The translations under genes and the position numbers were made by a program. A stretch of 64,000 bases of DNA, from the NCBI GenBank assembly GCA_951406725.2, contig OX597828.1:38254001-38318000 (forward strand), read 5' to 3'. The notes under the pieces are model-generated. The model was given only the letters and a program-made list of their open reading frames with translations, had not been told where the DNA came from and ran no database searches. This document shows positions 23,377 to 37,879 of the stretch, piece by piece. Every line of letters starts with the position of its first letter. Position 1 is the stretch's first letter. Source of the DNA: Octopus vulgaris. Lineage: Eukaryota.

Positions 23377-26220
23377 ATATATTCTTTTTTTGCAAGAAAA
23401 GTAAGTACTCGACATTTGAATTATTTCACACTCACACCTCTTATCAAGTCAGTGAACACTTTCATACGAGCTTTCATACAGCGAGTATGTTATGCGTGAT
23501 GGTCACATTAGGGCAAAATACATGTTACAAAGAGTCAGTGTCCTGTTGATAACATTGGCACGTAGATTTTGTGGTAGGGTTGGTGGATGTATTGAGAAAT
23601 GGGAACAAGTGTCAAATAGATTAGACTGTTGTTGTTGTTGTTGTTGTTGTTGCAATTGTTGCTGTTGTTGATGTTATCATTATTGTTGTTGTTGTTGTTG
23701 TTATTGTTACTGTCATCATCATTATCATTATTATGTGCGCTTGATATGGTTGTATAGGTTTCCATACATAATGAAACAAGTAGGAAGCGCGAGGGACGGA
23801 GAGAGAGAGAGAGAGGAAGAGTAGTCAATCGAGGTCAACCGAAAATAGTTACTACCAAATATTCATCTTGCTGCTATTGTTGTTGTTGTTGCTACTAATG
23901 TTGCTACTGCTGCTGCTGCTATTGTTCCTGTTGTGATTGTTGTAGCTTAACTCCAATGCAGTTTTGATTCCTATATAATGTTTCTTTCCTCTCTTTATGA
24001 AATCGGCCTGACGAGGGATTTGGGCTGTTATTTCTAGTAGGTCAAGCGGCTGCACAGAGACTTTCTCGTTTTCTAAAGCATTTCATTACACGTTCATGCG
24101 AATTATAATGACACAGATCTACACAGGCTTAGGATTGGTCCCACGAGGGAAGCATGACTTAGTTTGTTTTGAAACCCCTTAACTACTGACGGAGTCGTAG
24201 GAAACACCGTCATGACATAGGACGAATCTTGAGCATTTTCTCTTTTGAGCCCTAACGGAGTCTTTCTCTCTCTCCAGGTCTGATGACTTTGTCAGCTTTG
24301 TCCTCCATTCTTGTTATTCGAAGGATCCAAAAGTGAAGGAATTGTTTGTTTGTTTGTTTGTTTGGTTTATTTTGTGTTTTTGTTCGTTTATTTTTCATGA
24401 AAAAATCCTGGCTAGGAAGAATTTTTGATTTTGCAAGATTCGAAGTCGTTTGCACAACGCAGGGCATATTTGAATTATCTCAGTTAATTTAAATACTATA
24501 AAGTCTCATTGTAGACTAAATAAGAAAGTATATACATCTTTAAATCTTGTTGATATATGGGAAATGTCTCCTGACAATCTGTTCCAGATTTTCTTACTGC
24601 TCCTAAGAGACGATGTACGTGACATCCATTCCTAATCAACAGCATAAACCCGCTGATTATAAAGCAGTCATAAGTTAAGCTAGCGCTGTAGTGGGTAGCC
24701 TAATTATGATATTACAAAGGTTTAAGTAATATCTGAGAAAATATATTCAGGTTTTTTTAGCAAGGCGGAAGACATGTTTGCCAAGGAGATAAGTGTTAGA
24801 AAAATTTTGGGATCAGAATTTCGACTTATTTCAATCTGAATAAAAATACCGACAAAAAGATTAAGTTCAAATATTTTATCAATGGAAATAATGGTAAATG
24901 TCTAATGCATTGATAATTGGAAATGTTTCGATGAATTTGCATTTTCAGTAATCTCTTGATTAATGAAAATATACATATTGGGGAACCATGGAGAAAAAAT
25001 TTACCACATATTTAGTGATTTTTTTAAAATACTTCTTTCGATTAATACCAAAATAATAGTTTGACTATTGTCCCTCTTGTCCGACCTTGTGGCAAAATTA
25101 ACACAGAAATTGACAGATGATAGCTTCGAAGATCCAAATGTTATAATCAGGAATATTTAAAAACAGATAAACAGCAATATTAAGAGAGTCGTAGAAAAAT
25201 TACTATGGCAGTTGAAAGAATCGCTGAAAACTCTTCAAACTTGCTGGTGGGAAGGCTGGCTGGAGATGTAAATTTATATGTTGAGAGCTGTGTAATTAAA
25301 GAATAAAATAGTTAACAGGAATTAAAATCAAGGTTGCTAAAAATTCAAAGCCTCAATTCATACAAGTGAAAACTTCCCTGTGTAACATTTAAAACGTAAT
25401 TTTTGCCTTCTTTTGGGAAGGTATGAAGGTTCAGATTACATTTAAAAAAAAAAGATTTTCAAGTAAAAACAGAGCAAATATCCGGTTTTGAGAAATATTC
25501 TTTTCTACTCTGTGCACAAGGCCCGAAATTTTAGGGTGGGGCAGTCGATTAGATCGACAGCAGTGTGCAACTGATACTTAATTTATCTACCCCGAAAGGA
25601 TGGAAGGGAAAACCTACCTCGGCGGAATTTGAACTCAGAACATAAAGACAGACGAAATACCTATTTCTTTACTACCCACAAGGGGCTAAAGAGAGAAGGG
25701 ACAAACAAGGACAGACAAACGGATTAAGTCGATTATATCGACCCCAGTGCGTAACTGGTACTTAATTTATCGACCCCGAAAGGATGTGCGCGCGCCTGTG
25801 TGCATGTGCGCGTGTATGTATGTGTGTGCGTGCGTGTGTATGTGCACGTGTCTGTTTGTATGTGTGTGCGTTTGTGCGTGTGTGTGTGTTTGTGCGTGTA
25901 TGTATGTGTATGTGCGTGTGTGCGTGTGCGTGTTAGTGTGTGTGTGTGTGCGCGCGTGCGTGTGTGAAAATTATTTTCGTCTGAAGTGTTGTGATGTGCA
26001 TTGATAATAGCTAATTAGTGGAGCTCATATTTTCTTTACCTAGATACCTTGCGGTATTTATTGCGTTCTGAGTTCAGACCTCGCGGAGATCAACGTCGTC
26101 TTTCCTCCCTACATGGTCCTTAAAATATAGTACCACTGAACTACTAGACTCGATGTGATCGGTTACCCCTCTCCCTTAAATTTACTTCTGTTTATTTTCT
26201 TCTTACGTTCTGGATTGCAC

Positions 26221-26852
26221 CTTCTTCTTCTTCTTATCCCCCGTCTGTCTTGATAGACAATGGGTCGCGCCAAGGGTGGGGCCTACTTTGATGATGAGCA
26301 ACGTCTGCTGTGACTGAACAGTCCAATTCTAGAGTGGCAGTCCCTGGTACAGTTGCTGCACACGAACATCGATGGGTACGTGTGGGGTGTTGCTGCAGTT
26401 GTCCTCCTCCTGTCCCGCCTGTCCGACCACAGCTGTGCTCTCCTTTCCTCAGCCATGGAAACGCCTTTCCTCACTGTCCGACGCCAGGCAGAGCGGTCAG
26501 CAGCTGTTACCTCCCACGTGTCCACACAGATGTTGGCAGTCCTCAGGTCGCGCTTGCACACATCCCTGTATCGTAGCTGTGGACGTCCCTTGGGTCGGGA
26601 TCCCGTGGTGAGTTCGCTGTACAGGATGTCTTTAGGCATGCGACCGTCCTGCATGCGGCAGACGTGTCCGAGTCAGCGCAGTCGTCTCCGCACGAGGAGG
26701 GCATGCATGCTTGGCATATTAGTCTGTTCTAGGATGACTCCGTTTGGTACTCGGTCCTTCCAGGAGATGCCAAGGATCCGTCGAAGACACCGCATGTGGA
26801 AGCCGCTGAGGCGGCATTCTTGCCGGGTGCATGTTGTCCAGCTCTCGCTGCC
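26221..26852 (-). mobile_element. 5'-truncated RTE (BovB-like) LINE
   Basis: GSESWT...FHMRCLRRILGISWKDRVPN...RRLR*LGHVCRMQDGRMPKDILYSEL...GRPQLRYRD, with a C-terminal CSNC...HSRRC, a (GAA)n tail and a perfect 8-bp TSD gattgcac (26213-26220, 26853-26860). Confidence 0.95.
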
Positions 26853-27247
26853 GATTGCACCATGACCAAGAAATATAAGCAACAGTAAATTTGTGGTTCG
26901 AGGGAAATTTAGCTGTTACTTCTAGCAGGATGAATGATCGTGTGGAGGTTTGATGTTAACAATGTTTTTTCTTGTTTTTTTTCTCCTTTTTCTTTTTACA
27001 TAGTCATCATATTGCAGGCTTTCTTTAACGTATTTTAGCTATTTCCTTTTTATTACTTTTTTTTTCTCTTTGTGTTAATCCCTGCCGCAGGGATCACGTG
27101 TCAACACACGATCCAATCCCTAAATACTGTTTGGTGTTTGTGTTCAAATGACCGACAACAACAACTTCAATAATGAAAACAATCGCAACACTTGTACTAC
27201 TGTTACAACTGCAATTACTGCTGCTGCTACTACTACTACCACTACTA

Positions 27248-27323
<76 letters not shown>

Positions 27324-27343
27324 TAATAATAATAATAATAATC

Positions 27344-27908
27344 TCACTCTTCTGGAACTTCACCATTCAAACTGACAGAAAGATAGATGCAAATAGGCCA
27401 GACATCATATTGAAAGACTTCAGACAAAGAACATGCCTCCTCATTGATATGACTGTCTCAATCGATATAAACGTATCTGTCAAGACCTACCAAAAACTGA
27501 GCAAATATAAAGATCTTGAAATAGAAATCAGCAAAATGTGGAACCTGAAGACTAAAACAATACCTGTTGTCATAGGTGCCCTGGGAATGATAGCGAAAGG
27601 GGCTGATTGCTACCTAACTCAGATGCCAGGAAACCCCAAAATGGCAGAAATTCAAAAGATAGTGCTCAAAGGGAACTGCTCATATCCTACGCAAAATACT
27701 TTCTATGTAATCTCAAGGTTTAAAACAAACATTTTTTTAAAAAATTTATTTATTAGACATTCACTAGTACAACACCAAAAAAACCCCAAATATATGGCAC
27801 ACTAGGCATAACAACAAAGTGAACTTCCAACCTGTTGTCTCTTGAGGTCCCTGGGTGAGACTTGGAACCAACTTGTACAAACATAAAGCAAAAGTCAAAC
27901 ATAGAATA
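27344..27908 (+). mobile_element. R4/Dong-like LINE restriction-like endonuclease fragment plus 3' UTR, inserted in (TAA)n
   Basis: FWNFTIQTDRKIDANRPDIIL...LLIDMTV...KLSKYKDLEIEISKMW...IPVVIGALG (RPD / KxxKY RLE motifs). Confidence 0.9.
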
Positions 27909-27932
27909 AGAAGAAGAAGAAGAAGAAGAAGA

Positions 27933-28486
27933 TGCCCTGATGCAGTCTCAGGCAGTGGCTCTCATGACTTCTCATCTTAACTGATTGGAAGTGTTTTCAT
28001 GTACATTGTTTTGTCTTGGTATAAAAGATGGGTTACAGCAAATATTCTGCTCAATACTACAGATTTGCTTGTCAGTTGTTTGACCATAACCAGTTGGAAA
28101 TGTCCCTTAGTGGCTGACGATATGTGCATCTCTCATCACGTGCAGGAGTAGTGGGGGAGCATCATAGCCATGTGTTGAAAGGAATTCTTTGGAGTTTGAA
28201 TAATTCACCTTAGAAACATGGGTGTCTCGTTCAACATCCTTAAACAACCCTTGTTCAGGGATCATTTGAATGGGATAGGCTACTCGACCAGAAGAAAATT
28301 CTACCTGGGCCCCACTTGCAAGGTCATGTGCTGATTATCTTGATATGAGATCACCATGTCGCACACATATGGTTGTGATACATGTGCCTAGTATACCCTT
28401 ATCAGACGGGTAGTCATGATGGGTATACTGGGCTTCGTATATTTCACTCCAGTTTCTCTTTGATGTCATGCACTGCTCTCTCACTC

Positions 28487-28487
<1 letters not shown>
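27933..28487 (+). mobile_element. Non-coding ~555-bp element 'E' ending in (CAA/TAA)n
   Basis: gccctgatgcagt...gcactgctctctcactc followed by aac/aat repeats. Copies at 29011-29540(-), 58617-58965(-, internally deleted) and a fragment at 62455-62520(-). Confidence 0.85.
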
Positions 28488-28552
<65 letters not shown>

Positions 28553-28864
28553 CGTTTCTGCTGTAGGCCAAGGCCTGAAATATTTGGTGGGAGCAGACTA
28601 GCCAATTACCTGTTACCTAATTTATCGATCTCGAAAGGATGAAAGGGAAAGTCGGCCTCTGCGGAATTTGAAAGAAGAAGAAGAAGAACCGTAACCGTGC
28701 CGGACAAAATGCTTAGTGGCATTTCTTCCGGTTTCACTTCCCGAGTTCAAATATGCAGAGGTTGAACACTAAGATCGATGTAATCGACTAGGCCACTCCC
28801 CTCAAAATTTCAAGCCATGTGCCTTTAGTAGAAACAATTCTTCTTCTTCTTCTTCTTCTTCTTC

Positions 28865-28988
<124 letters not shown>

Positions 28989-29737
28989 CTTCATTATTAT
29001 TATTATTATTGAGTGAGAGAGCAGTGACACTGGGGTAAAATATACGAAGCGCTGTATACCCATCATGAGTACTCGTCTGATAAGGGTATAAGAGGCACAT
29101 GCATCACAATCATATGTGCGTGACATGGTGATCTCATATCAAGTTTAACAGCGCATGACCTTGCAGGTCGGGCCCAGTTAGAATTTTCTTCAGGTAGAGT
29201 AGCCCATCCAACTCAAATGCTCCTCGAATAAAGGTTGTTTAAGGATATTGAACGAAACACTCTTGTTTCCAAAGGTGAATTATCCAAACTCTGAAGAATT
29301 CCTTTCAACGCATGCTCCCCGACTACTTCTGTTCTTGATCAGAAATTCCCATATCATCAGCCACCAAGGGACATACTGAACTGGTTAAGGTCAAACAACT
29401 GACAAGCAAATCTGTGGTACTGAGCAGAATATTTGCTGTAACCCATCTTTTATACCAAGACAAAACAATGTAAACGATAATACTTTCAATCAGTTAAAAT
29501 CAAAAGGCATGAGAGCCACTGCCTGGTACTGCATCAGGGCTACTATTATTATTATTATCATTATTATTAGCTATATTAAATCTCTGAGCGAGCGGTAAAC
29601 AGGAACAGTACGGTATCGTAAAATATATTTGCCAACTAAATTTGGCGGTCTCATAGAGGTCAGCGGCAGTTTGTCGCTAGAAAAAGCAGACAGTATTTTG
29701 CGAGTGGAATGAGTTTTAATCACTAGCTAGTGATTAT

Positions 29738-29782
29738 CACACACTGAAGACGAGTAACTACCCAGAAACTAGGGTCTGTGTG
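29738..29782 (+). ncRNA. Type I hammerhead ribozyme (H6)
   Basis: cacaca CUGAAGA c gagua ac uaccc a GAAA c uagg g UC ugugug. Stem I has 6 bp and extends to gugau/aucac. One mismatch in stem II. Confidence 0.78.
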
Positions 29783-30019
29783 TATCACGTAAGGCTAGAG
29801 ATGGGAGCGATGACCTCCCCTCGCAAACACTAATCGGGCGCAGTGTGGAGAATTCTTCCTGGGACTAAAAACAACAGCAGCATCGTCCTCTATGAGACCG
29901 CCACATTTAGTTGCCAAATATATTTTTATTTTTATTATCATTATTATTATTATTGGAGATCCCAGAAAAGAGCAATTAAATAGCATTAACATTTAGTAAA
30001 GAACAAGTGATAAAGATAA

Positions 30020-31960
30020 ATAGATTAAAGAAGATCTAGTTAATAAACTAGAAGAGGCAATTAGAAATGGTATCGCGACCAATGGCCCTCGACTATTTCT
30101 TCAATGCGAAAAGGCGAAGGGTGCGTTGTTAGGAATAGAGTATGTATGCTAAAATAAGAAGGAACGAAAGCCGTTCGACAGGCTCGGGTGGTAGAGACAC
30201 GACGTAGCAACAAAGCCGCAATTCAGTTCTTGGTAGATCAGAATAGGCGCGTACTGCTCGGTTCCAGGCAAATGGGTGCACCCTACCAGCAGCAATTTAC
30301 GCATGTTTTCAGAGAAAGCAATAGGTCACAGAGAATTAGTACCTACCTCGTCGTCCTAACGAGACTCTCAGAGTAAGATGCTAGGTCCTGTGAAAGGCCA
30401 ATAACAGCAACTGAGATACGAGAAGTATTGTGTGGTTGCGTAAGGAACAAATTGCTCGGTTCGGGTGGTTTTTGTCTATCAGTTTCATAGTTATATGCCA
30501 GAGTTCTTTTAGTAACCTCTTGGAAAAAGTCTGTCACAACTGGCAGCAAAACACGAGAATTCCCAGGTCTGTGGGTCAAGTTGTGTTGAGTTTGCTGAGA
30601 AAGGACGCCAATACAGGGAATTCTATAGAGAATTTCCAGCCCATAACCCTGTTAAATTCAGAGTTTCAAATTTAGGTCAAGTTTTAGTAAAGAGGTTGGC
30701 GCTTGTAGATGGTTTGGTAGAAGAAGCTCAAACTTGTGCGATCCCTAATATATCAATCTACAAAGCCTCCATCATATGCGGTACATCATAGAGGGAATGA
30801 GTAGGAGATCTGGCATTGGTGGGGCTCTGATTAATGTCGATCAGGCAAAAGCCTTCGACAGAGTCAACCACTGCTATTTGGCAACAGTCCCAAATGCAAC
30901 CGGCTTCAGTGGCTAGATCGCAGCAGCACACACTGGAATTTACTAGGTGGTAATAGTAAATGACCAATATCTCGAAACCGTTTCATATCTCTATCAGATG
31001 TATCCTCTTTTGTCCCTTCTATGCGTCCTGGCGCTCAAGCATTTGCTGAGAAAGCTAGAACTCTTGAGAGGCATTTCTTTCAAACTGGTGTGCGAGAGAT
31101 CTGTGTCGGATGACATCATGGTACTGGTGTCAGACACCGCAGAAGTTCAAGATGTCGAATCCATTTTAAAGGAATCCGAAGGAGCAGCGGCTAAGACAAA
31201 CCTGAACAAGTCGATAAGCTTGAGGCTCGCCAACTGGAAAGGTAAGTCTATGCCAACGAACAGCATAGTAGGTCGATGGACAGACGGACCGGTGAAATTG
31301 TTCAGTGTTTGATTTGGTTCAGACCACCGGGTGGACAATTAGTGGGATGAGGTTGCAAGCAGGATGGCTGGTGTCACTCAGAAATGGCTCGAGAGGAAAT
31401 TATCCCAGAAAAGTCGATCAGAGGTGGCGAATAATCACATCGCCTCCTTAATACTTTCTCGCCTGACCGTTGTACCTTGGCCCAATCCACGTTTGGCCAA
31501 ATTAGAGCGTATATTTTCCCACGTTCCTGTGGAAGGGATGCGTTCCACAGGTGAAGCGATCCATCTGTTACAAGCACCCTCTGGATGTCAGGTGTGACAC
31601 GGCGTGGCTGCTAATGCACAGATACACACTGCGGCTGCGCCACTCACAGATTTTCCTGGATGATGAACCGGTTGTGGTCTCTGTTTGTAAGATGCCTTTC
31701 TGAACCTTATCACTTTAACAGAGCTACAATCCTGGATCAAGAAAAAAAACATGATTAAACGCCTGGCATTTGGAATGTCGTCAGGTGCTCGCTGCCCTCT
31801 ACAAGTCGAGTAATACGTTCGGGGAAAGTTAGTAGCAATGTATAGAAATCTATTAATAGTTGTGGATAAGAATGGTGACATTCTCGGGGAAACTCTAGGC
31901 GCCGACCAGGATGAACTAGCTAGTTTATTTTGGAGGACTTTCGGACCCGGTACTACCGAG
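30020..31960 (+). mobile_element. Decayed Tx1/L1-like LINE ORF2 (RT region)
   Basis: ENFQPITLLNSEFQI, EAQTCAIP, GALINVDQAKAFDRVNH, PLLSLLCVLALKHLLRKL, SDDIMVLV, AKTNLNKS. Many stops and frameshifts. Confidence 0.85.
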
Positions 31961-32280
31961 GGGCTAACAAGAAACACTGCTGGGATGAATCCGACTATTG
32001 ACCAAATCCATCGCAATAATCCATCCACCACTCACTATTAACAAGGCAGAGACGGCGGTGTTTCTCTGTCCAGTTGTTACGGCAAAAGAGGTTGTGAGAT
32101 GGACAAGGCTAAAAGGATTGAGGAAAGACACGTTCCTCTTCAGTCAAATTTTCATCGGCAGACGAAAATGAATTATAGGCTGGAATCAATTATATTGACC
32201 CTGTACGTGACTTGTTCTTTATGTTATCGCCCCGGGAAGAAGATAGATAAGTTGATTTCAGTTGGCTATGAACTCAGAAC

Positions 32281-32533
32281 ATTTGAGGGTTCTTTTCGCA
32301 GTGTGTGTCCGATCCATTGACTGGAGCCCGCAAGGGAAATGGAAGCGAGGATGTCCGAAGCATACATGGAAGCGAGGACGTCCGAAGCATACATGGAAGC
32401 GGAGCGTTTTGGATGAACTCAGGACCACTGGCCTGACATGGGAAGCAGCCAAGAAACACGCCAATGACCGCAAAAAGTGGAAAACAACTGTTGAGGCCCG
32501 ATGCTCCACAAGGGGCAAAAAGGATTAAGAGAG
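32281..32533 (+). mobile_element. Short RTE 3' end inserted into a decayed SINE B
   Basis: WSPQGKWKRG..GRPKHTWKRSV..GLTWEAAKKHANDRKKWK. 13-bp TSD atgaactcagaac (32268-32280, 32534-32546) and an internal 27-bp tandem duplication. Confidence 0.88.
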
Positions 32534-32648
32534 ATGAACTCAGAACGAAAAGATCCGAGACATTTTTTCTAACATAGGTGCGAGCCAGTGTTAGAAGTTG
32601 AGATTTGACTGCAGGCAATAGTAACGGCCCCTAGCATTGTTTATGATC

Positions 32649-32708
<60 letters not shown>

Positions 32709-32907
32709 CATATTGTAAATATGTCTCTATAACAACGATATTGTTCATAATTGGTCATAGGTTGTAGGAGATGAGTTAGGAAGGTTTTTATAATGACTGG
32801 AATATCTTGCTGTTATTTAATCCCCAAGTTAGCTCTTATCAAGTAGTCCTATGATTAAAACAAGTGTTTCGTCCATGGCCATCCTGTTTCACACAAAGAT
32901 ATACACA

Positions 32908-33738
32908 CAGGATGCTCAGACTAAAATTCGACGAATTTTTGGCTCCTTATTTCCGGAACTGTTTCATTCGTTGGAGAGCATAACGATTAAAGATGAAAAC
33001 AAGAAAAAGCTGTCTGACATGAAGGGCCGGAAGCTATCTAGGTATTGAAAAAGTATTACCCGTATTATGATGATTACGCACTGGGTAACAAAATGCCTAC
33101 ATCATAACTGCTAACCAATGCTTTATGTGAACACTGTGAAGGCTGTAAGATCAGACATGGACAACATGAATCCCAAGTTCAACCAAACTGTGTTGCTCTC
33201 AAGGTTTATCTCCTATGACAGTGATGACATGTCGTCCCATATCTTTGAACAGAGCCTTAGGTTATGTGAAGCTGCTAGTGAGTGTGGTCAAACCCTGGCT
33301 AGAGAGGTTTTCCTATTTGAAGATCATATGTATAGTGAAAGAGTCCGGCTGCAGTTTGCCATGTCAACGGAAAGAGTCAGAAGTGGCTGCTGGAGAATTT
33401 CTATGACTCAACCAGCCCCAATTTGAGGCCTCCTAGTTCCCTTGATTGTAGCCCCATGGATTTCTATGAGTGGGGTGCAACCAAGAGCTCTACCTGCAAC
33501 ACCAAGGACGTGCTGGTGGCTAGGTTCAAAGAGGTCTTCGAAGATCTTCCCGGAATCACATTGAGGAAGGTATGCACCAGGTTCCACAACAGTCTTGAGG
33601 CCGTGGTGGAAGCTCTGAGCAGCTACTTAGAGTAAACTGTTGATATTTTTTTTAATTATATTAAAATACTCTTTTCTTAATGGGATATTGAATATTTTTC
33701 CTTTTATGCTAATTGTCACCTTTATCCTGAATACTCTG
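32908..33738 (+). mobile_element. Deleted Tc1/mariner transposon
   Basis: PPSSLDCSPMDFYEWG (WPPSSPDLNPLD) and LEAVVEA..SYLE C-terminus, with degenerate TIRs caggatgctcag / ctgaatactctg. Confidence 0.75.
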
Positions 33739-33809
33739 TCTACATATATTGAGAATGGCAGTTAGATAGATAGATAGAATGGGATGGATAGATAGATAGA
33801 GAGAGAGAT

Positions 33810-33854
<45 letters not shown>

Positions 33855-33891
33855 TAGATAGAGAGACAGACAGACAGACAGACAGATAGAT

Positions 33892-33998
<107 letters not shown>

Positions 33999-34126
33999 CA
34001 GAAAAATAGACAGACAGACAGATAGAGAGATAGATACATACATACATATATACATACATACATACATACATACGTACGTACGTACATACATACATACATA
34101 CATACATACATACATACATACATACA

Positions 34127-34158
<32 letters not shown>

Positions 34159-35026
34159 CAATATATATGTATATAAGCCTTTATACATATTTATATATAT
34201 CTATATATATATATATATATACACGCCCGCACGCGCGTGTGTGGAAGGATTGACTGTGCATATGGTTGTCGCGGGGTGTCGTTTTTTTCCCTTAGGGTTC
34301 ACATAGAGAATAAATGCAGAAATGTATTTTGCGTGTAGCTGCGAAAAGGGGGAGCTGACGAAGAAGAAGAAGAAGAAGAAGAAGAAGAAGAAGAAGAAGA
34401 AGAAGAAGAAGAAGAAAAAGAAGAAGAAGAAGAAGAAGAAGAAGAAGAAGAAGAAGAAGAAGAAGAAGAAGAAGAAGAAGAAGAAGAAGAAGAAGAAGAA
34501 GAAGAAGAAGAAGAAGAAGAAGAAGAAGAAAATGAAGTGGAAGTGAGAAGACGAAGAAGATGAACAGTCAACAGATTATCTGACAGGCAGACAGATAGGG
34601 TGACAGACAGACAGACAGAGAAGAGACACACGACAGACTGCAGACTGACTGACAAATAAACTAGACAGACAGACAGAGGGAGAGAATGAAATAGAGAAAG
34701 GAACGAGATATGTCGTATATATATACCTATCTAAATATATATATACATATATATATTTATATATATATATGCATATCTGTCTATAGATATATTTGTGTAC
34801 TGAAACCTAATATAATCATTTACTAACAAGCAGGAGTGTATTACCCGATGACAGCAACTACAACAACAATTGGTACAGCAAAAACTACAAGGAAAGTGGG
34901 ATAAAGCGAAACTGGAATTACATTTATCAAACGGTATGAGTACGTATTCCATTACAATATGCATATTCGATCTGTGTGTGTGTATGTGTGTATGTGTGTG
35001 TATTCATATGTGCTTGTATACATACA

Positions 35027-35074
<48 letters not shown>

Positions 35075-35169
35075 ATATACATATTGATATATATATATAT
35101 ATATATATATTTACAAATATATACATATATATATGCATGTGTATCTGTGTATACATACATTCACGCACG

Positions 35170-35218
<49 letters not shown>

Positions 35219-35275
35219 TCACATATCTAAATAACATATATAAATAGGTGTTCTTTTTTTCACTAATCTTCATCT

Positions 35276-35343
<68 letters not shown>

Positions 35344-35559
35344 TATATATATCATACCTCCCTGCTTCCATTTCCTGAGCGCCTATTAATAATAATACTG
35401 TAATTGTTCCATTGTTGTTGTTTTTTTGTTTCCCGTTTGGATTAAAATTATATATATATATATATATATATAACATATATATCTAAATAACATATATATG
35501 TTTACATACACACACTTACACACACACACACACACACACACTTATATAGACACACATAT

Positions 35560-35926
35560 GTGGAGGCGCAACGGCCCAGTTCTTAGGGCAGCGGATTGCG
35601 GTTTCAATTCCCAGACAGGCTGTTGAGATTGTTTATTGAACAAAATACTTAAAGTTCCTCGTGGCTCCAGCAGGGGGGGGGGCAAACCCTGCTGTACTCT
35701 TTCACCACAACGTTCTCTTACTCTTTCTTCCTGTTTCTGTTGTACCTGCTATTTCAAAGGGCCAGCCTTGTCACACTCTGTGTCACGCTGAATTTCCTTC
35801 GAGAACTCAGTTAAGTGTAGACATGTCTGTGGAATTGTCAGCCCCCTACACCTTAATTTCACGAGCAGGCTGTTCCGTTGATTGGATCATCTGCAACCCT
35901 CGTCGTCGTAACCGACTGGGTGCCAC
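35560..35926 (+). mobile_element. SINE family C with tail 'Y'
   Basis: tggaggcgcaacggcccagt head, ending ccctcgtcgtcgtaaccgactgggtgccac. Confidence 0.85.
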
Positions 35927-35939
35927 TATGTGTGCGTGC

Positions 35940-35999
<60 letters not shown>

Positions 36000-36247
36000 T
36001 TGTAAGTATGTGTGTATGTATGTATAAGCTGGCAGAACTGTTACAGCCCCAGGCCAAACGTTTAGCGGCATTCCGTCCTTTTTACAATCTGAGTTCAAAT
36101 TCCGTCGAGATCGATTTTGCCCTCCACACTTTCGGGGATGGCGAAAGAAGTAGCGGTTGAGTACTAAGACGGAAGGAATCGCCTTACCCACTCGCCAGAA
36201 CTTGCCAGCCTTGTACCAAAATTTTTAACTTCGAAACCAATTTACAT

Positions 36248-36355
<108 letters not shown>

Positions 36356-36464
36356 GGAGAGAGGGAATATATATACATGTATATACATACATATATATAT
36401 ATATTTCGTTTTGGGATTTGGTTTGCAAGATTCTTTATATGAGTTCGTGTGTTGAAGCATATTT

Positions 36465-36728
36465 TGTTGTGTCTGGGGAGAGTCATTCTCTTTTAGTACC
36501 TTATCATTTAACACACTCACCGGTAAAATTTCCAATTATTTCGTCTTTTTATTTTCCTAAAATTTTCGTTGCGTCTTGCAACCTTTTCAATAGTCAAGAC
36601 TATTGAAAAGGTTGCAAGACGCAACGAAAATTTTAGGAAAATAAAAAGACGAAATAATTGGAAATTTTACCGGTGAGTGTGTTAAATAATAAGGTACTAA
36701 AAGAGAATGACACTCCCCAGACACAACA
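36465..36728. repeat. Near-perfect palindrome, 131-bp arms, 2-nt spacer
   Basis: Centre ...caatagtc AA gactattg... Only two mismatches were seen between the arms. Confidence 0.95.
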
Positions 36729-36781
36729 CCAGCATGGCCACAGCTCATAGGCTGGAACTGGAATCAATCAATCAATCAATC

Positions 36782-36840
<59 letters not shown>

Positions 36841-37095
36841 AAGAGAAATGAGAAAGATGCAATACACACATACACACACACACATCACACACACATATAT
36901 ATGTATATAAATTATGAATTAGGGGTTATGCAACCGTCTAAGGGATAAATGTATCGTAGGCACTTCTTTGTGTATTACCTCACTATGTATAGGCCTAGAT
37001 ATAAGGTTTACAGTAGTTTGTAATTTAAATGGTAAAACCGTGGTTTAATATTTTCAGAAAATTCATTGTTAATTGTTACTCCATTTCTTTTCTTT

Positions 37096-37224
<129 letters not shown>

Positions 37225-37798
37225 TGGCAAATTGTTTGTCAGCATGTTTACATATAAACATATTTTGTATTTCATACCCAAACTGTTATATTTAATATAT
37301 TTCATTCATTTATCAGCATTATGGCCTCCATATTTCCTTAACTTGATCCCTTTTATAGCCATTCTTTACCGCGTGGAATTGATCCCTTGTAAAGACATCG
37401 GAGTCTAAGTTTCCATCCTTTGAGAACTATTAAATGAGAATCTCTGGATCTCATCTTTCGACTATATTTATAAGTGTGTGTGTGTGTGTGTGTGTGTGTG
37501 CATAAATGGGTACAGGACGTCACCAACAGTAAACAACATGAAATACTAAAACAAATGAGTTAAATACGCAAGTAACGACAGAAAAAAGGACAAGTAAATC
37601 AGAGAATGACCCTTCATCAGTTGTCGGCTGTCTATCTACCCCCCACCACCATTTCGAGCAACCAACGATATATATATTATATATATATATATATACAAAA
37701 CTTCATATGCTTTCGTGTATAATTTGACATAAACTTGATAAAAACATGTTTAATATAATGTGTGTCATAGCCACTCCTATATATATGACATAGCCACT

Positions 37799-37862
<64 letters not shown>

Positions 37863-37879
37863 CCATAGCCACTCATAAT

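Noticed and set aside
24480-25490. Possible host exon or transposase relic in non-repetitive AT-rich sequence (similarly 7400-8670 and 62600-63780)
   Set aside because: No sustained ORF or recognisable motif. A homology search would be needed.
37500-37670. CTGATGA in a repeat family (also at 6890-6896)
   Set aside because: No downstream GAAA, and the permuted arrangement gives no convincing stems.
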